Source of the DNA: Nitrosarchaeum sp.
Lineage (GTDB): Archaea; Thermoproteota; Nitrososphaeria; Nitrososphaerales; Nitrosopumilaceae
Direction of reading: 5' to 3'
Length of the DNA stretch: 64,000 nt
Assembly (NCBI GenBank): GCA_965223865.1
Contig: OZ245020.1
Coordinates: forward strand, 1,440,001-1,504,000
Shown: positions 29,147 to 39,284 of the stretch, piece after piece
How positions within the stretch are numbered: the first letter of the stretch is position 1
Layout of the letters: each line of letters opens with the position of its first letter
Program-made: the position numbers and the translations under genes
The notes under the pieces: model-generated
The model's database searches: none
What the model was told of the DNA's origin: nothing
The model's input: the letters and a program-made list of their open reading frames with translations, nothing else

Positions 29147-29426
29147 TAGAATGTAAATTTTTCTTTTATAAAAAACTAGACAGACCCCTATTTTTGAATT
29201 ACAGTAAACAAGTACAGGGTTTGAATATAGAGATTTTTTAAAATCAAACAGGAATCAAGCAGACTCTAAAATACCATGTGAAGAATAGTCTCATCTATCT
29301 AGGCGTGCTATCTAAAATCATATTTTGTTTTTCATATGAAGATTGAAGTTTGGTTGAATATTATGTTGGTAAAAGGTCAATTTTTCAAATGTAATCCTTT
29401 TTTCCGTTTTTTTTAAAAAAACAAGT

Positions 29427-29549
29427 ATGAGTCAACAAATTACTCAAAATAAGAACAAGAAGGAAGTTTCTAAAGCAAAAGTGTATGCAAAAGTCTACCG
29501 TAAAATGATTCGTCAAATGGTGAAAAATTCTCAAGACGAATGTTTGTAG
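29427..29549 (+). CDS. 40-aa basic microprotein
   Basis: MSQQITQNKNKKEVSKAKVYAKVYRKMIRQMVKNSQDECL. Confidence 0.4.
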   Translation: MSQQITQNKNKKEVSKAKVYAKVYRKMIRQMVKNSQDECL

Positions 29550-29772
29550 AGTAATGCACCAAGCAGTTAGAAATTTAGCAGCAAAATTAATTCAGAATGG
29601 TTTAATCAATAATACAAGGTAATTTTTGTACAATAAAGATTACAATGTTATTTAGCAGTACAAAAATTTGCCATTAGAATAATAAAAAACACTAACGATG
29701 TCAAAATACTATAAGTTACTATTAATCTAACAAATTCTGCGTATCATTTTAGTCAAAAAAGGAGTACAATTT

Positions 29773-29832
29773 CATAGGCAGGAGAATCACTTGTTCGGCC
29801 CACAAGTCAAACATCATATGACCCTGCTTATG
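29773..29832 (+). ncRNA. Candidate hairpin RNA with internal loop
   Basis: 10-bp CAUAGGCAGG/CCUGCUUAUG (one G-U) enclosing ACUUGU/ACAAGU. Confidence 0.4.
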
Positions 29833-30010
29833 GACAACATCAGACTATTTACATTATAAACTAAAAACATTCCTCAACATTGGTTCATTATAGAATTTGA
29901 TTTATGTAAAACAAAAAAACGATTTAAAATTCTACAGAGGAATTGGTCATTAGTTTTCAAAAACAAGGAGGTTTTGTCTGTTTTTTCTTAGGCAATTAGA
30001 AAAAATTAGT

Positions 30011-30139
30011 TTAATCCATTTTTCTACTACCTTCAAGTATTCCAGAATCACCATGAATTCTATCAATATGCTTTGAAAGCGTTTCCTTACCCTCAAAAAT
30101 GGATTCACAGTAAGGGCAGGAGAATTTTTCTTCAGACAT
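30011..30139 (-). CDS. C2H2 zinc-finger microprotein
   Basis: FSCPYCESIF...LSKHIDRIH; ATG at 30139. Confidence 0.75.
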   Translation of the reverse strand: MSEEKFSCPYCESIFEGKETLSKHIDRIHGDSGILEGSRKMD

Positions 30140-30246
30140 ACTGGTTAGTGATTTATGTGTCTTTTTAGCCTTACTCAAAATATCGTTCCTGATCAGTGCC
30201 AAACATTAGCTATTACGTTTTTAATTAATGAAATGCAATTAAGGGC

Positions 30247-30381
30247 ATGATAAAAATATCAGATCTTCGAGTTTGTACTAATTGTTCTAATGTTTTTTCT
30301 AGACAGGGTGGAATGACTCTTAAACATAACTGCCCTCATTGTGGTTCTGAGAATTCTGAGGCAATATCAAAAGAAGAATAA
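30247..30381 (+). CDS. 44-aa CPxCG zinc-ribbon microprotein
   Basis: MIKISDLRVCTNCSNVFSRQGGMTLKHNCPHCGSENSEAISKEE. Confidence 0.65.
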   Translation: MIKISDLRVCTNCSNVFSRQGGMTLKHNCPHCGSENSEAISKEE

Positions 30382-30480
30382 ACAAAAATATCATTTATTA
30401 GATTTGATTTTCTGAAAATCCTATTTCCAGTATTGATATTCTTCATTTTACTAAAATACAAAATCAGAGGATAGCTCAAT

Positions 30481-30948
30481 ATGGTGATTGAAAAAAGTGC
30501 AAATCTACCGGTAAAAGAAATAATGAATCCAAACGTTGTTTCAGTAGGATCAGATGCAACATTAATTGAAGTTTCAGAGCTAATGAAAAAACACAAAATT
30601 GGATCTGTGGTAATCGTTGAGGAGGACAAAGTCATAGGAATAGTGACTGAACGAGATTTTGCTACAAAAATCATATTAGAATCTCATTTGCCAAACACTA
30701 AGGTTTCTGCAGTAATGTCAACTCCTGTAATTCATGTAGAATCAAATCAATCTGTGTCAGATATAATTGAAATAATGGCCAACAAGGAAATACGTAAGGT
30801 TCCAGTAATAGATGAAGGAAAGATAGTTGGGATGGTAAGTGGAACAGAATTTCTACGCCTTTTTGTTCAAGCCTCTGATCAGGACATGAGAAAGATATAT
30901 CAAGAATATGTAAAAAGAATCTATTCTAATTGGTTTGAGGATGACTGA
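30481..30948 (+). CDS. CBS-domain pair protein
   Basis: GIVTERDF, IRKVPV. Confidence 0.9.
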   Translation: MVIEKSANLPVKEIMNPNVVSVGSDATLIEVSELMKKHKIGSVVIVEEDKVIGIVTERDFATKIILESHLPNTKVSAVMSTPVIHVESNQSVSDIIEIMANKEIRKVPVIDEGKIVGMVSGTEFLRLFVQASDQDMRKIYQEYVKRIYSNWFEDD

Positions 30949-30989
30949 TGCTAGGAATTAAAAGTAAGGAAATTTGACCCACAATTAAT

Positions 30990-31424
30990 ATGGATTTTAA
31001 AAATATTTTAGTTGCTTACGATTCTTCAGGCTTTTCAAACAGAGCTTTCAAAAGCGCATTAGACATTGCAGAACCAAATAAAAGTAAAATTACTATTGCC
31101 ACAGTGGTAACTGGTGTGTATCAGCCCTCAATCGGATTTACAATGAAATATGCAGAAAAAACATTAGAAAAACACAAAAAAATCATTAAAAAAATATTTT
31201 CAAATCTAGAATCTGCAGCAAACAAAAAAGGGGTAAGTCTCTCCTTAAAAATTTTGCACAATCCCTCTGTATCAAAAGGAATTCTAAATTATTTAAATTC
31301 ACACAAATTTGATGTGATTGTTATTGGATCTCATGGCAGAACAGGACTTAACAAAATTATTTTGGGCAGTGTTGCAAATGACGTAGCACACAAAGCAAAA
31401 ATTCCTGTAATGGTGGTAAAATAA
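30990..31424 (+). CDS. Universal stress protein
   Basis: ILVAYDSS...IGSHGRTG...LGSVA. Confidence 0.92.
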   Translation: MDFKNILVAYDSSGFSNRAFKSALDIAEPNKSKITIATVVTGVYQPSIGFTMKYAEKTLEKHKKIIKKIFSNLESAANKKGVSLSLKILHNPSVSKGILNYLNSHKFDVIVIGSHGRTGLNKIILGSVANDVAHKAKIPVMVVK

Positions 31425-31427
31425 AAA

Positions 31428-31862
31428 ATGACGATCACAAATATTCTAGTTCCCTTTGATGGTTCCAAGTACTCAGTCAAAGCATTTAATGCTGCATTAG
31501 ATATCGCAAAAAAGCAAAATGCAAAAATCATTGTTCTTACTTGCTTGGAAAAAGAAAATCTAGGAGCATGGTATGTCGATAACAGAGTAAATAAGCAAAT
31601 AGTAAAAGATGCAAAAAAATTTGCAATAGATTTTCTCACAAAGCTGAAAAACAAGGCAGAGAAGGTAGGAGTTTATGTTTCTGTAAACGTGCTTAAAACA
31701 AAATCAATATCAAAGCAGATTGTTAATTTTGCAAATTCAAAAAAGATTAATCTAATTGTAATTGGATCTCATGGGCAATCAGGATTTAACCAATTTCTCT
31801 TAGGCAGTGTTAGTAATGCAGTAAGCCAATCAGCAAAATGTCCAGTTTTGATAATAAAATAA
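31428..31862 (+). CDS. Universal stress protein (tandem paralog)
   Basis: ILVPFDGS...IGSHGQSG...LGSVS...CPVLII. Confidence 0.92.
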   Translation: MTITNILVPFDGSKYSVKAFNAALDIAKKQNAKIIVLTCLEKENLGAWYVDNRVNKQIVKDAKKFAIDFLTKLKNKAEKVGVYVSVNVLKTKSISKQIVNFANSKKINLIVIGSHGQSGFNQFLLGSVSNAVSQSAKCPVLIIK

Positions 31863-31952
31863 ACAAGAGTAGGACAAAACGATATCAAATCAATGCCCGT
31901 GTTATTTCGATTTAATGTATCAGAATTAGTACATTAGATTCATGTTTTATTA

Positions 31953-32246
31953 TTATAGAAATTCTGACGTAGGTTTTTTGTATTTTCTTGAATGAAACTC
32001 AATTTCTTTTAATTCATCAGGAGTAATATGTCTATGATGAGTTACATGGTGATAAAGAACTGCCAGGCCTTCTATCATCCCAATAAAATGTCCGTATCTC
32101 CAATCAGATTCATTAACGAAATTCCAACCCACATTTTTTTGAATTGGGTTTAGAACACTATTGTTTGCAATAATATTTGACCATCTAGAAATTTCATGAA
32201 GAATAGAGTTTTGTACCATTCTTTCAGTGCCATATCCTATGAACAA
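31953..32246 (-). CDS. Hypothetical protein
   Basis: 97-aa ORF, probable start at internal ATG (MVQN). Confidence 0.55.
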   Translation of the reverse strand: MFIGYGTERMVQNSILHEISRWSNIIANNSVLNPIQKNVGWNFVNESDWRYGHFIGMIEGLAVLYHHVTHHRHITPDELKEIEFHSRKYKKPTSEFL

Positions 32247-32330
32247 TACAAAACTAGAATATTGTTGTGGTTTTTATCAAATTTGAAAATCATAAATTAT
32301 CTAATATGGTACGATGCATTCTATTAGTAT

Positions 32331-32471
32331 ATGGCAAATGATGAAAACAATAATGAAAAACAAAAAGAATGGAAAGAATTAGAACATGAGGAAATGAAAG
32401 AAGAGGCTCATCAGCTTGATCTAAAAGAAGGTTATGAGCAAGATGAAGAATATGAAGAATCCGAAGAATGA
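32331..32471 (+). CDS. 46-aa highly acidic microprotein
   Basis: MANDENNNEKQKEWKELEHEEMKEEAHQLDLKEGYEQDEEYEESEE; TAATAT ~29 nt upstream. Confidence 0.6.
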   Translation: MANDENNNEKQKEWKELEHEEMKEEAHQLDLKEGYEQDEEYEESEE

Positions 32472-32897
32472 GTAGTAGAAAATTTGTAAAGGTTTTTGTC
32501 ATTCAATTAACAACCAACTTTCATCAGCAAATTCATTTGTAATACAATACTGATCTAAAATTTCAAGTGAGCATTTACAAGTAATTATTCAATCAGATTT
32601 TTATCTGAACAAGTGCAATCATTTAGGAATGGATTTAATGATATCTGTTATTTCAGTCCATCAATTGCAGGTTTTGAATGCCAAAATACATTTGTCAAAA
32701 TTGTAAAAACAATGCCAACGCCTCTAATTTCAAATATGTCCCTTCTAAATTATGTCGATATGAACTCAGAATCCTAAGTTTTAGCTTATGGAATTAACGT
32801 AATTGTATTTAATTTGGGAATGTATTTTGAAATACATATAGCTATATGGCAGATCAAAAAACAATTCTAAATTTTTCATACTCAAAATAATTGTAAT

Positions 32898-33110
32898 TTA
32901 GGGAGTAAGATTTTTAAATTCTAAACACTTTGAATCATATTCACCCAAATACTTTTTGCTGTTGAGTTTAGAATCTTTAATGTATAGTTCACAAGTTTCA
33001 GAATCTATTATTTTACTACCACTATTATCACTTGTATAATACTGTAAAGCAAGTACTCCTAACAATGCAATGATTATCACAATGGGCAATTTTTTTGAAG
33101 ATAAATCCAC
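32898..33110 (-). CDS. Small membrane-anchored protein
   Basis: N-terminal TM, two Cys. Confidence 0.7.
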   Translation of the reverse strand: MDLSSKKLPIVIIIALLGVLALQYYTSDNSGSKIIDSETCELYIKDSKLNSKKYLGEYDSKCLEFKNLTP

Positions 33111-33191
33111 ATAGTTTTGTGGCTAATTTTGAACTTAAGCGTTTAGCATAAATTTAGAACAGTTTTATCTTGATAATTATTCTAGTTCTTT

Positions 33192-33686
33192 GTGCCAAGG
33201 AGAAAATCAAACAATAAGATCAAAATTGCAATTGCGGTAATTGTTGTAGCAATTGTTATTGGAATTGTATCTCTTTCTGGTTCTGAATCTAAAACTATTG
33301 CAAGTATCTCTCTTGGAAACAACCGAGAATTCCCAAAGGAGACATTACAAACAGAAGATGGAACATACTATGTAGATATGATTGTTGTAAACGGAGCAAA
33401 CCAAGAGGCCAAGACAATCTTTACTGTGAATGGTGAAAATGCCAAAATTAGAATTGGGACTCTGACAGGCTGGGATTACAAACATACATTGCCGTTTACC
33501 AGCGTACCTGATGGATTTCAGAAAAAATATCCTCTTTATGTAATGCCTGATGATCATACTTTTACAATCATGCTCTCACTTGAGACACCTGAAGAGTTAT
33601 CCTCTCCAGAAATCGCATTACAACATCCAAGTATCCTCACATTTGAATATGATGGACAAAATTTCGTTCTGAGTGAACAGAAATGA
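33192..33686 (+). CDS. Exported or membrane-anchored hypothetical protein
   Basis: Basic N-terminus plus hydrophobic helix. Confidence 0.75.
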   Translation: MPRRKSNNKIKIAIAVIVVAIVIGIVSLSGSESKTIASISLGNNREFPKETLQTEDGTYYVDMIVVNGANQEAKTIFTVNGENAKIRIGTLTGWDYKHTLPFTSVPDGFQKKYPLYVMPDDHTFTIMLSLETPEELSSPEIALQHPSILTFEYDGQNFVLSEQK

Positions 33687-33716
33687 CCCCATTAATTATG
33701 AAATAACAAGCAAAGA

Positions 33717-34880
33717 TTGGGTTTATTTGTATCGATTTTTTTCACAATTTTATTGAAAATTCCCTTTATTGCAGTAATTTTGTTTCTAGTAGTAGGTTTT
33801 TTCTCCTCGCCTGTTTTTGGGCAAACCACTGAATTAGATTATGATGTTCGTGGAGGAGAAGTTACAGGTATTGACATAGATAACGAAAATAATTCTTTGA
33901 TAATTTTATTGGATACTCGTACAAGAGGAGAACTTGTCATTACGTTACCACGTAGCTTAATTGATGCAAAAATTGATTCTGAAGACACAGAGTTTAAAAT
34001 TTTAGTAAGTGGGCTAGGTCTTAACTTCTTTGATGAGACTAAAACAGAAAAAGATAGAACGATAGCTATTCCATTTAGCAGATCTGATTATGAAGTAATA
34101 ATTACTGGAACTCATCTTTTCGGTCAAGAGAAGTCCCAAAAAAATACAGAAAAAGAAATCGAAGAAACAATTAAAGACGAATTAGAAATGGAGATTCCCA
34201 ACAATCAAGCAAAATTACTGATATTTTCTGATACTCAATGGTCAGGTGCATTTCAATCTTCAAGTTTTCCATTCACCGAAATAAAAGGAGATAATGATGA
34301 CAGTATTGTTTTTACTTGTGATTCATCATTTAATCGTGAAGGTATTTTTGGTGCAAAAATACAAAAATTGACTCAAGATGGATATCTGAAACTAGTAGTA
34401 ATTCAAAATAAAGAAGTGATAACTCAAGGTTCTACTCAAGAAACTTTTGGAGAAGTACTGATTAATGGCAATTGCATTTCTAGTTTGCAATTAGATGATG
34501 GGGTTGGTGGTGGATGTTTGATTGCTACTGCCACATTTGGTTCAGAGTTAGCCCCACAAGTCCAAAAATTAAGAGAAATAAGAGATAATTCCTTGCTTCA
34601 AACAGAGTCAGGCACCGCATTTATGAGTTCATTTAATGATTTTTACTATTCATTTAGTCCAATTATTGCAGATTATGAACGTGAGAATCCAATATTTAGA
34701 GAAATAGTAAAAATCGCACTGACTCCAATGATAACTTCTCTTTCAATTCTGAATTATGTGGAAATGGATTCTGAAGCTGAAGTTTTAGGATATGGAATTA
34801 GTTTAATCATAATTAATGTGGGAATGTACTTTGGATTTCCAATAGGTATGATTATGATAATTCAAAGAAACAAAAGATAG
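33717..34880 (+). CDS. CFI-box-CTERM surface protein
   Basis: Signal peptide; GGGCLIATATFGSELAPQVQKLREIRD...; C-terminal TM. Confidence 0.88.
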   Translation: MGLFVSIFFTILLKIPFIAVILFLVVGFFSSPVFGQTTELDYDVRGGEVTGIDIDNENNSLIILLDTRTRGELVITLPRSLIDAKIDSEDTEFKILVSGLGLNFFDETKTEKDRTIAIPFSRSDYEVIITGTHLFGQEKSQKNTEKEIEETIKDELEMEIPNNQAKLLIFSDTQWSGAFQSSSFPFTEIKGDNDDSIVFTCDSSFNREGIFGAKIQKLTQDGYLKLVVIQNKEVITQGSTQETFGEVLINGNCISSLQLDDGVGGGCLIATATFGSELAPQVQKLREIRDNSLLQTESGTAFMSSFNDFYYSFSPIIADYERENPIFREIVKIALTPMITSLSILNYVEMDSEAEVLGYGISLIIINVGMYFGFPIGMIMIIQRNKR

Positions 34881-35181
34881 AGTATATTAATACTTTTGAG
34901 AAAGATGGTAGGTTGTATTACAGATTTGTTGTGAATAGAAACAACAGATTGAGATCTTCTATACTACAAGATTGAATCAAAGATATTAGAAAAATCAAAC
35001 CTATGACTAGAATTTAATCTGAATGCAGATAGCAAGAGGTTTTGGTTAGGGAGAATTGCAAGTATGGATAATGAAAAAATGAATGAATCTATGCTTTTAC
35101 TATTGAATTACTTTTATAAGAAAAAAATTAATTTTTTTCTGATTCGTTTAGGTTTGTTAATTTGTTTAAATCCTTATGGTT

Positions 35182-35586
35182 CTATAATCCGCCACCAAAA
35201 ATTTCGCTCAGCTCAATAACATACCCATCTACATCTACTATGTAAAATGATTTAGAATTCTCAAACGTAACTGGCCCATTATATAATATTTCAACACCTA
35301 ATTCTTTGCATTTGTCTTCTATTTGTTCGAAATTTCTAACGTGAAAACCAAAGTGGGTTATTCCTCCTTCGGGGGACATGTCTGGTACTTCGTACAAGCA
35401 AAGAAGAACTGAATCATTTCCTATTATTTTTGAAGGAACCTTCAATTTGTTTGGAAAATTGTCTTCTACCTTTACTTCAAATCCAAATAGATCCTTGTAA
35501 AACTTTATGCTTTGTTCCAAGTTTTTGACTTTCATATTGATGTGATCAATTGCTGTTGCTTTGAGATAATTACTCATAAACACCAT
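35182..35586 (-). CDS. VOC/glyoxalase family protein
   Basis: IDHINMKV...FYKDLFGF...HFGF...DVDGYVIEL. Confidence 0.9.
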   Translation of the reverse strand: MVFMSNYLKATAIDHINMKVKNLEQSIKFYKDLFGFEVKVEDNFPNKLKVPSKIIGNDSVLLCLYEVPDMSPEGGITHFGFHVRNFEQIEDKCKELGVEILYNGPVTFENSKSFYIVDVDGYVIELSEIFGGGL

Positions 35587-35725
35587 TGATTGAAATAATA
35601 ATTAAAGGATACCAAAATTAGAAACAGCTAATTAGTTCAGACTATTAATTCTGATTCTAGACAATGAGAATGATAATTATTACCTGTCTCTAATTTGTAC
35701 TCTAATTGTCCAATTTAAATAATTT

Positions 35726-35833
35726 TTAGACATTATTGTCTTGGTTATCTGAACTTACACCTATAGCAGCAAGAATGTGTCCAGTGGTATCGGCAATAAA
35801 ATCAACAGCTACATCTAGCAAATCTTCAGCCAT
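35726..35833 (-). CDS. 35-aa microprotein
   Basis: MAEDLLDVAVDFIADTTGHILAAIGVSSDNQDNNV; TTAATA ~27 nt upstream of ATG. Confidence 0.5.
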   Translation of the reverse strand: MAEDLLDVAVDFIADTTGHILAAIGVSSDNQDNNV

Positions 35834-35999
35834 ATTGAAAATACATGGATGATCTATTAAGCATTATTCCACGTGGGCGTTATTCCAAATACCATAACCA
35901 TATCTCCATACATGTTGTACTCCCAATCAAATTTGAACTAGAACTTACGCTTTACGACAAGTGTCATAAATCCACGCCTAATTTGGGGGATTTCTATTT

Positions 36000-38192
36000 T
36001 TACTCTTTGTCAATGAATTCATTAACTCCTGGGGGTTCAGGTGCAAGTCCTTTTCTCTTTCTAATGTCAGCAATTGCTGTAGCATGCATTGATTTTGGAA
36101 CTTCAGACCATTCCTTAAAGGAGGTATTCCAAGTTGCACGCCCTGCAGTTTGACCTCTCATCTCTTCAGATAAAGTAAATGTCTCGGAAGCTGGGATCTC
36201 ACCTGTTACGATACTTGAGGCACCCTTTTGTACCATATCAAGTACTTTGCCACGTTTACCAGAAAGCACAGTTGCAACATTTCCAACCAAATCAGTTGGA
36301 ACTCTAACCTCAATTGCTAGCATTGGTTCTAAGATTGTAGTGCCAGCAGTTAATAGTGCACCCATACAGGCACGTCTAGATGCAGGACCCAATTGAGATA
36401 AGCCCCTGTGAGCAGTATCCTCATGAGGAACAAAGTGAGTAAAGATGAATTTACAGTCCCTCATCTGTTCTTTACATAGAGGACCCTCTTTCATTACTTC
36501 TTCAAATCCAGAATTAATTGAATCAGTAGATTCTTGAACAAACTGAACACCTTTAGTGCCATTTATCAAAACATTTCCACGAGAATCAAACTTCATGACT
36601 CTTTTAATGGTATCAGTATCCCAACCTTCTTTCTTGAGAAGATCAGATACCTCTTTCTTATCTTTCATGTCGCTAATTTGACCAGTTCTAAGCATGTTAG
36701 CAATAGCAGGCTCTAAGGGTTCAACTTTCATGAATATCTTGTTGTGTCTGTTTGGAGATTTTGACATGATTGGCTCACATGTTCCTTTGACAGTTTCTCT
36801 GTAATTGATAAGTGGTTCAGATGTAATAATTTCCACTTTAGCATCTTGGATTCTATGGGTTGCAACATCAAGATGCAGTACACCCATTCCGGCAACAATT
36901 GTTTCACCGCTTTCCTCATCGATTTTAACTACCAAGTTAGGATCTTCAATGGTTAATTGTTTTAGAACTTCAACTAGTTTTGGCAAATCCTTAGGATGTT
37001 TTGGTTCAACTGCAACTTGAACAACGGGTTCTGATACGTACTTTACACCTTCAAACAAAGGCATCTCTTTAATTGATGACACAGTATTTCCTGCTCTTGC
37101 TTCAGTTAATCCCAAAAGTGCAGGGATGTTTCCAGAACCAAGTTCACCGACTTGTTCTCTTTGGTTACCCATGAAAAAGTTAACAGATTGAACTCTTCCT
37201 TCTCTTTTTGCATCAATAATGTTAATTGTTTGACCATCCTTTATTTTTCCAGAAAATAGTCGTCCTATGGCAACAGGTCCTGCTGCAGGATCCAAAACCA
37301 TATTTACAATCATCATAATTGTTGGACCATCATCACTACAGGCAAGCAATGCTTTTCCAATATCTGAATCTAAATCTCCGTGCCAAATTTGAGGAATTCT
37401 GTAACGTTGTGCCACGTGTGGTGGAGGATGATGTTTTACAACCATTCCCAATACGGCATCGGCCAATGGGGCTTTTTCTACTAGGTCAGCGACTTTTTCG
37501 TTTTGATATGCATCAATAACATCTTTGAAAGTAATTCCTCTCTCTTTCATCAGGTCAATATTGATAGCCCATCTATCTTTTGCAGAGCCAAATGTAACAC
37601 TTGCATCCTGAATAGATACTTTCCATTGTTCCTTGTATTCTGGTTCAGCATAGGTGTCAACTAACTGATTAAAGTTTGATACAACATTTGCAAGTGTTTC
37701 TTGCATTTTTTCAGGAGTTAATCGTAATTCCTTGATGAGCCTATCGACCTTGTTAATGAAGAGTACAGGTTTTACACGCTCTTCAAGTGCCATTCTAGTT
37801 ACTGTTTCAGTCTGAGTCATGATTCCCTCTACGGCATCACAAACTACTACTGCACCATCAATGGCCCTAAGACTTCGGATAACTCTACCACTAAAATCTA
37901 CGTGTCCTGGAGTATCAATCATGTTAATGACATATTCAGTTCCCTTTTGTGCAAAGTGTAAGGTAACGTTTGCCTGGTAAATTGTAATTCCCCTTTCTTG
38001 CTCCTCTTTGTCAAAATCCATTGCCAATGCCTTTCCAGCAGCTGATGGAGCAATAATTCCTGAATAAGCTAAAAGGCTGTCACTCATGGTAGTTTTTCCA
38101 TGGTCAACATGAGCAATAACACCAAAGTTTCTAATTTGGTCCTTATTTTTGATAATTTTCAAAACTTCGCCTGTCGACTTGAATTTTACCAT
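36000..38192 (-). CDS. fusA: Translation elongation factor aEF-2
   Basis: AHVDHGKTT, ERGITI, DTPGHVDF, NKVD; HEDTAHRG diphthamide loop. Confidence 0.98.
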   Translation of the reverse strand: MVKFKSTGEVLKIIKNKDQIRNFGVIAHVDHGKTTMSDSLLAYSGIIAPSAAGKALAMDFDKEEQERGITIYQANVTLHFAQKGTEYVINMIDTPGHVDFSGRVIRSLRAIDGAVVVCDAVEGIMTQTETVTRMALEERVKPVLFINKVDRLIKELRLTPEKMQETLANVVSNFNQLVDTYAEPEYKEQWKVSIQDASVTFGSAKDRWAINIDLMKERGITFKDVIDAYQNEKVADLVEKAPLADAVLGMVVKHHPPPHVAQRYRIPQIWHGDLDSDIGKALLACSDDGPTIMMIVNMVLDPAAGPVAIGRLFSGKIKDGQTINIIDAKREGRVQSVNFFMGNQREQVGELGSGNIPALLGLTEARAGNTVSSIKEMPLFEGVKYVSEPVVQVAVEPKHPKDLPKLVEVLKQLTIEDPNLVVKIDEESGETIVAGMGVLHLDVATHRIQDAKVEIITSEPLINYRETVKGTCEPIMSKSPNRHNKIFMKVEPLEPAIANMLRTGQISDMKDKKEVSDLLKKEGWDTDTIKRVMKFDSRGNVLINGTKGVQFVQESTDSINSGFEEVMKEGPLCKEQMRDCKFIFTHFVPHEDTAHRGLSQLGPASRRACMGALLTAGTTILEPMLAIEVRVPTDLVGNVATVLSGKRGKVLDMVQKGASSIVTGEIPASETFTLSEEMRGQTAGRATWNTSFKEWSEVPKSMHATAIADIRKRKGLAPEPPGVNEFIDKE

Positions 38193-38241
38193 ATTCGCAA
38201 ACCGAGTTATTCAGCTATTAAACCTTATGAGAAAATCAGGA

Positions 38242-39174
38242 TCAATAGATCATAATATCACTTACATTACGAAATTTTTTTGCCAATACAAAGTGACAGT
38301 CTTGTTGGCCTCTTTTTTTGGCTTCAAATAATGGTAACAATTGTGAAAAAAATGCATAGTAAAGTACATTTGATATCTTGTTTTTGGATTTAAAATCAGG
38401 ATGAATTACAGTCAATCCAATTTTTTTCAAGCTTTTTGCAAGTTGTATGGTGTGAAGGTTCTTTTCTTCAAAAATTATCACAGTGTCTCCTTTTTTGGCA
38501 GAAAACAACTCCATATGAGAAAATTGCTCTATTTTCTCAAAATGTACATCATGTCCCAAAATTTCATAAAATTTTGCTGCACAATACATGGCCAAAGGAT
38601 ATGTTGTTAAATTTCCCAAGACAAAGATTCTTTTTGAGAATTTTGATTTTTTTGCATCTGAATATGCTTTTTTGTAGATTTTATTACCATCAGGAATTGT
38701 GATTTTTTTTACAAGAGATATGCAGGTTAGCGCACTATCCAAGAAGCTTATGCTTCCAGCAGTAAATACATCAGAGTTTGGAGATTTTAAGGGAATTGTA
38801 TTGGTACATACATTTGACAATTTACTAGCCGAATTTGATGTAATTGCAATTGATTTTTTGGCTGTTTTTGCTACTTTGATGTTAGATATGGTTTTTCCAG
38901 AAATTGAAACAAAGTAGACAGCCTTATTTTTTGACAGATTCTTATTTTTTAACAGATCAAGAGGATCAATTGCTTTTACTTTGAAATTTGAAAAAGACTC
39001 TGCAAGCATTGCAGATGCTAATGAATCACCACTGCCTGTAAAAATTGTGTTTTTTTGCTGATTCTCAGATAGCGTTTTTTGTTTTTGAAATTTTTTTAAA
39101 AATTCAACTTGGAGTTGAATGTCATTTTCATATGCCTCTAGTGTCTTCAATGATAAACTAAAACAATGTTGCAT
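38242..39174 (-). CDS. SIS-domain sugar isomerase-like protein
   Basis: FTGSGDS, SISGKT, second SIS half (KFYE...FSH). Confidence 0.85.
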   Translation of the reverse strand: MQHCFSLSLKTLEAYENDIQLQVEFLKKFQKQKTLSENQQKNTIFTGSGDSLASAMLAESFSNFKVKAIDPLDLLKNKNLSKNKAVYFVSISGKTISNIKVAKTAKKSIAITSNSASKLSNVCTNTIPLKSPNSDVFTAGSISFLDSALTCISLVKKITIPDGNKIYKKAYSDAKKSKFSKRIFVLGNLTTYPLAMYCAAKFYEILGHDVHFEKIEQFSHMELFSAKKGDTVIIFEEKNLHTIQLAKSLKKIGLTVIHPDFKSKNKISNVLYYAFFSQLLPLFEAKKRGQQDCHFVLAKKFRNVSDIMIY

Positions 39175-39284
39175 ATATTAGAAAAACTATTGAGCCGATC
39201 ATTTCTTGAATTAATTTAAAGTATTGATGTAAAAAAATCAAAATAAATATTTTGATTTTTATAACCACAAAGTACGGAGAAAAT

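Noticed and set aside
29181-29223. CAGACCC/GGGTTTG stem (also AGTTGCA/TGCAACT near 3150-3206)
   Set aside because: Single 7-bp stems with no supporting promoter or terminator; expected by chance
35845-37519. + strand ORFs overlapping EF-2, and similar shadow ORFs in purL, purQ, trkH and the NHL gene
   Set aside because: Antisense to well-supported genes with no recognisable motifs
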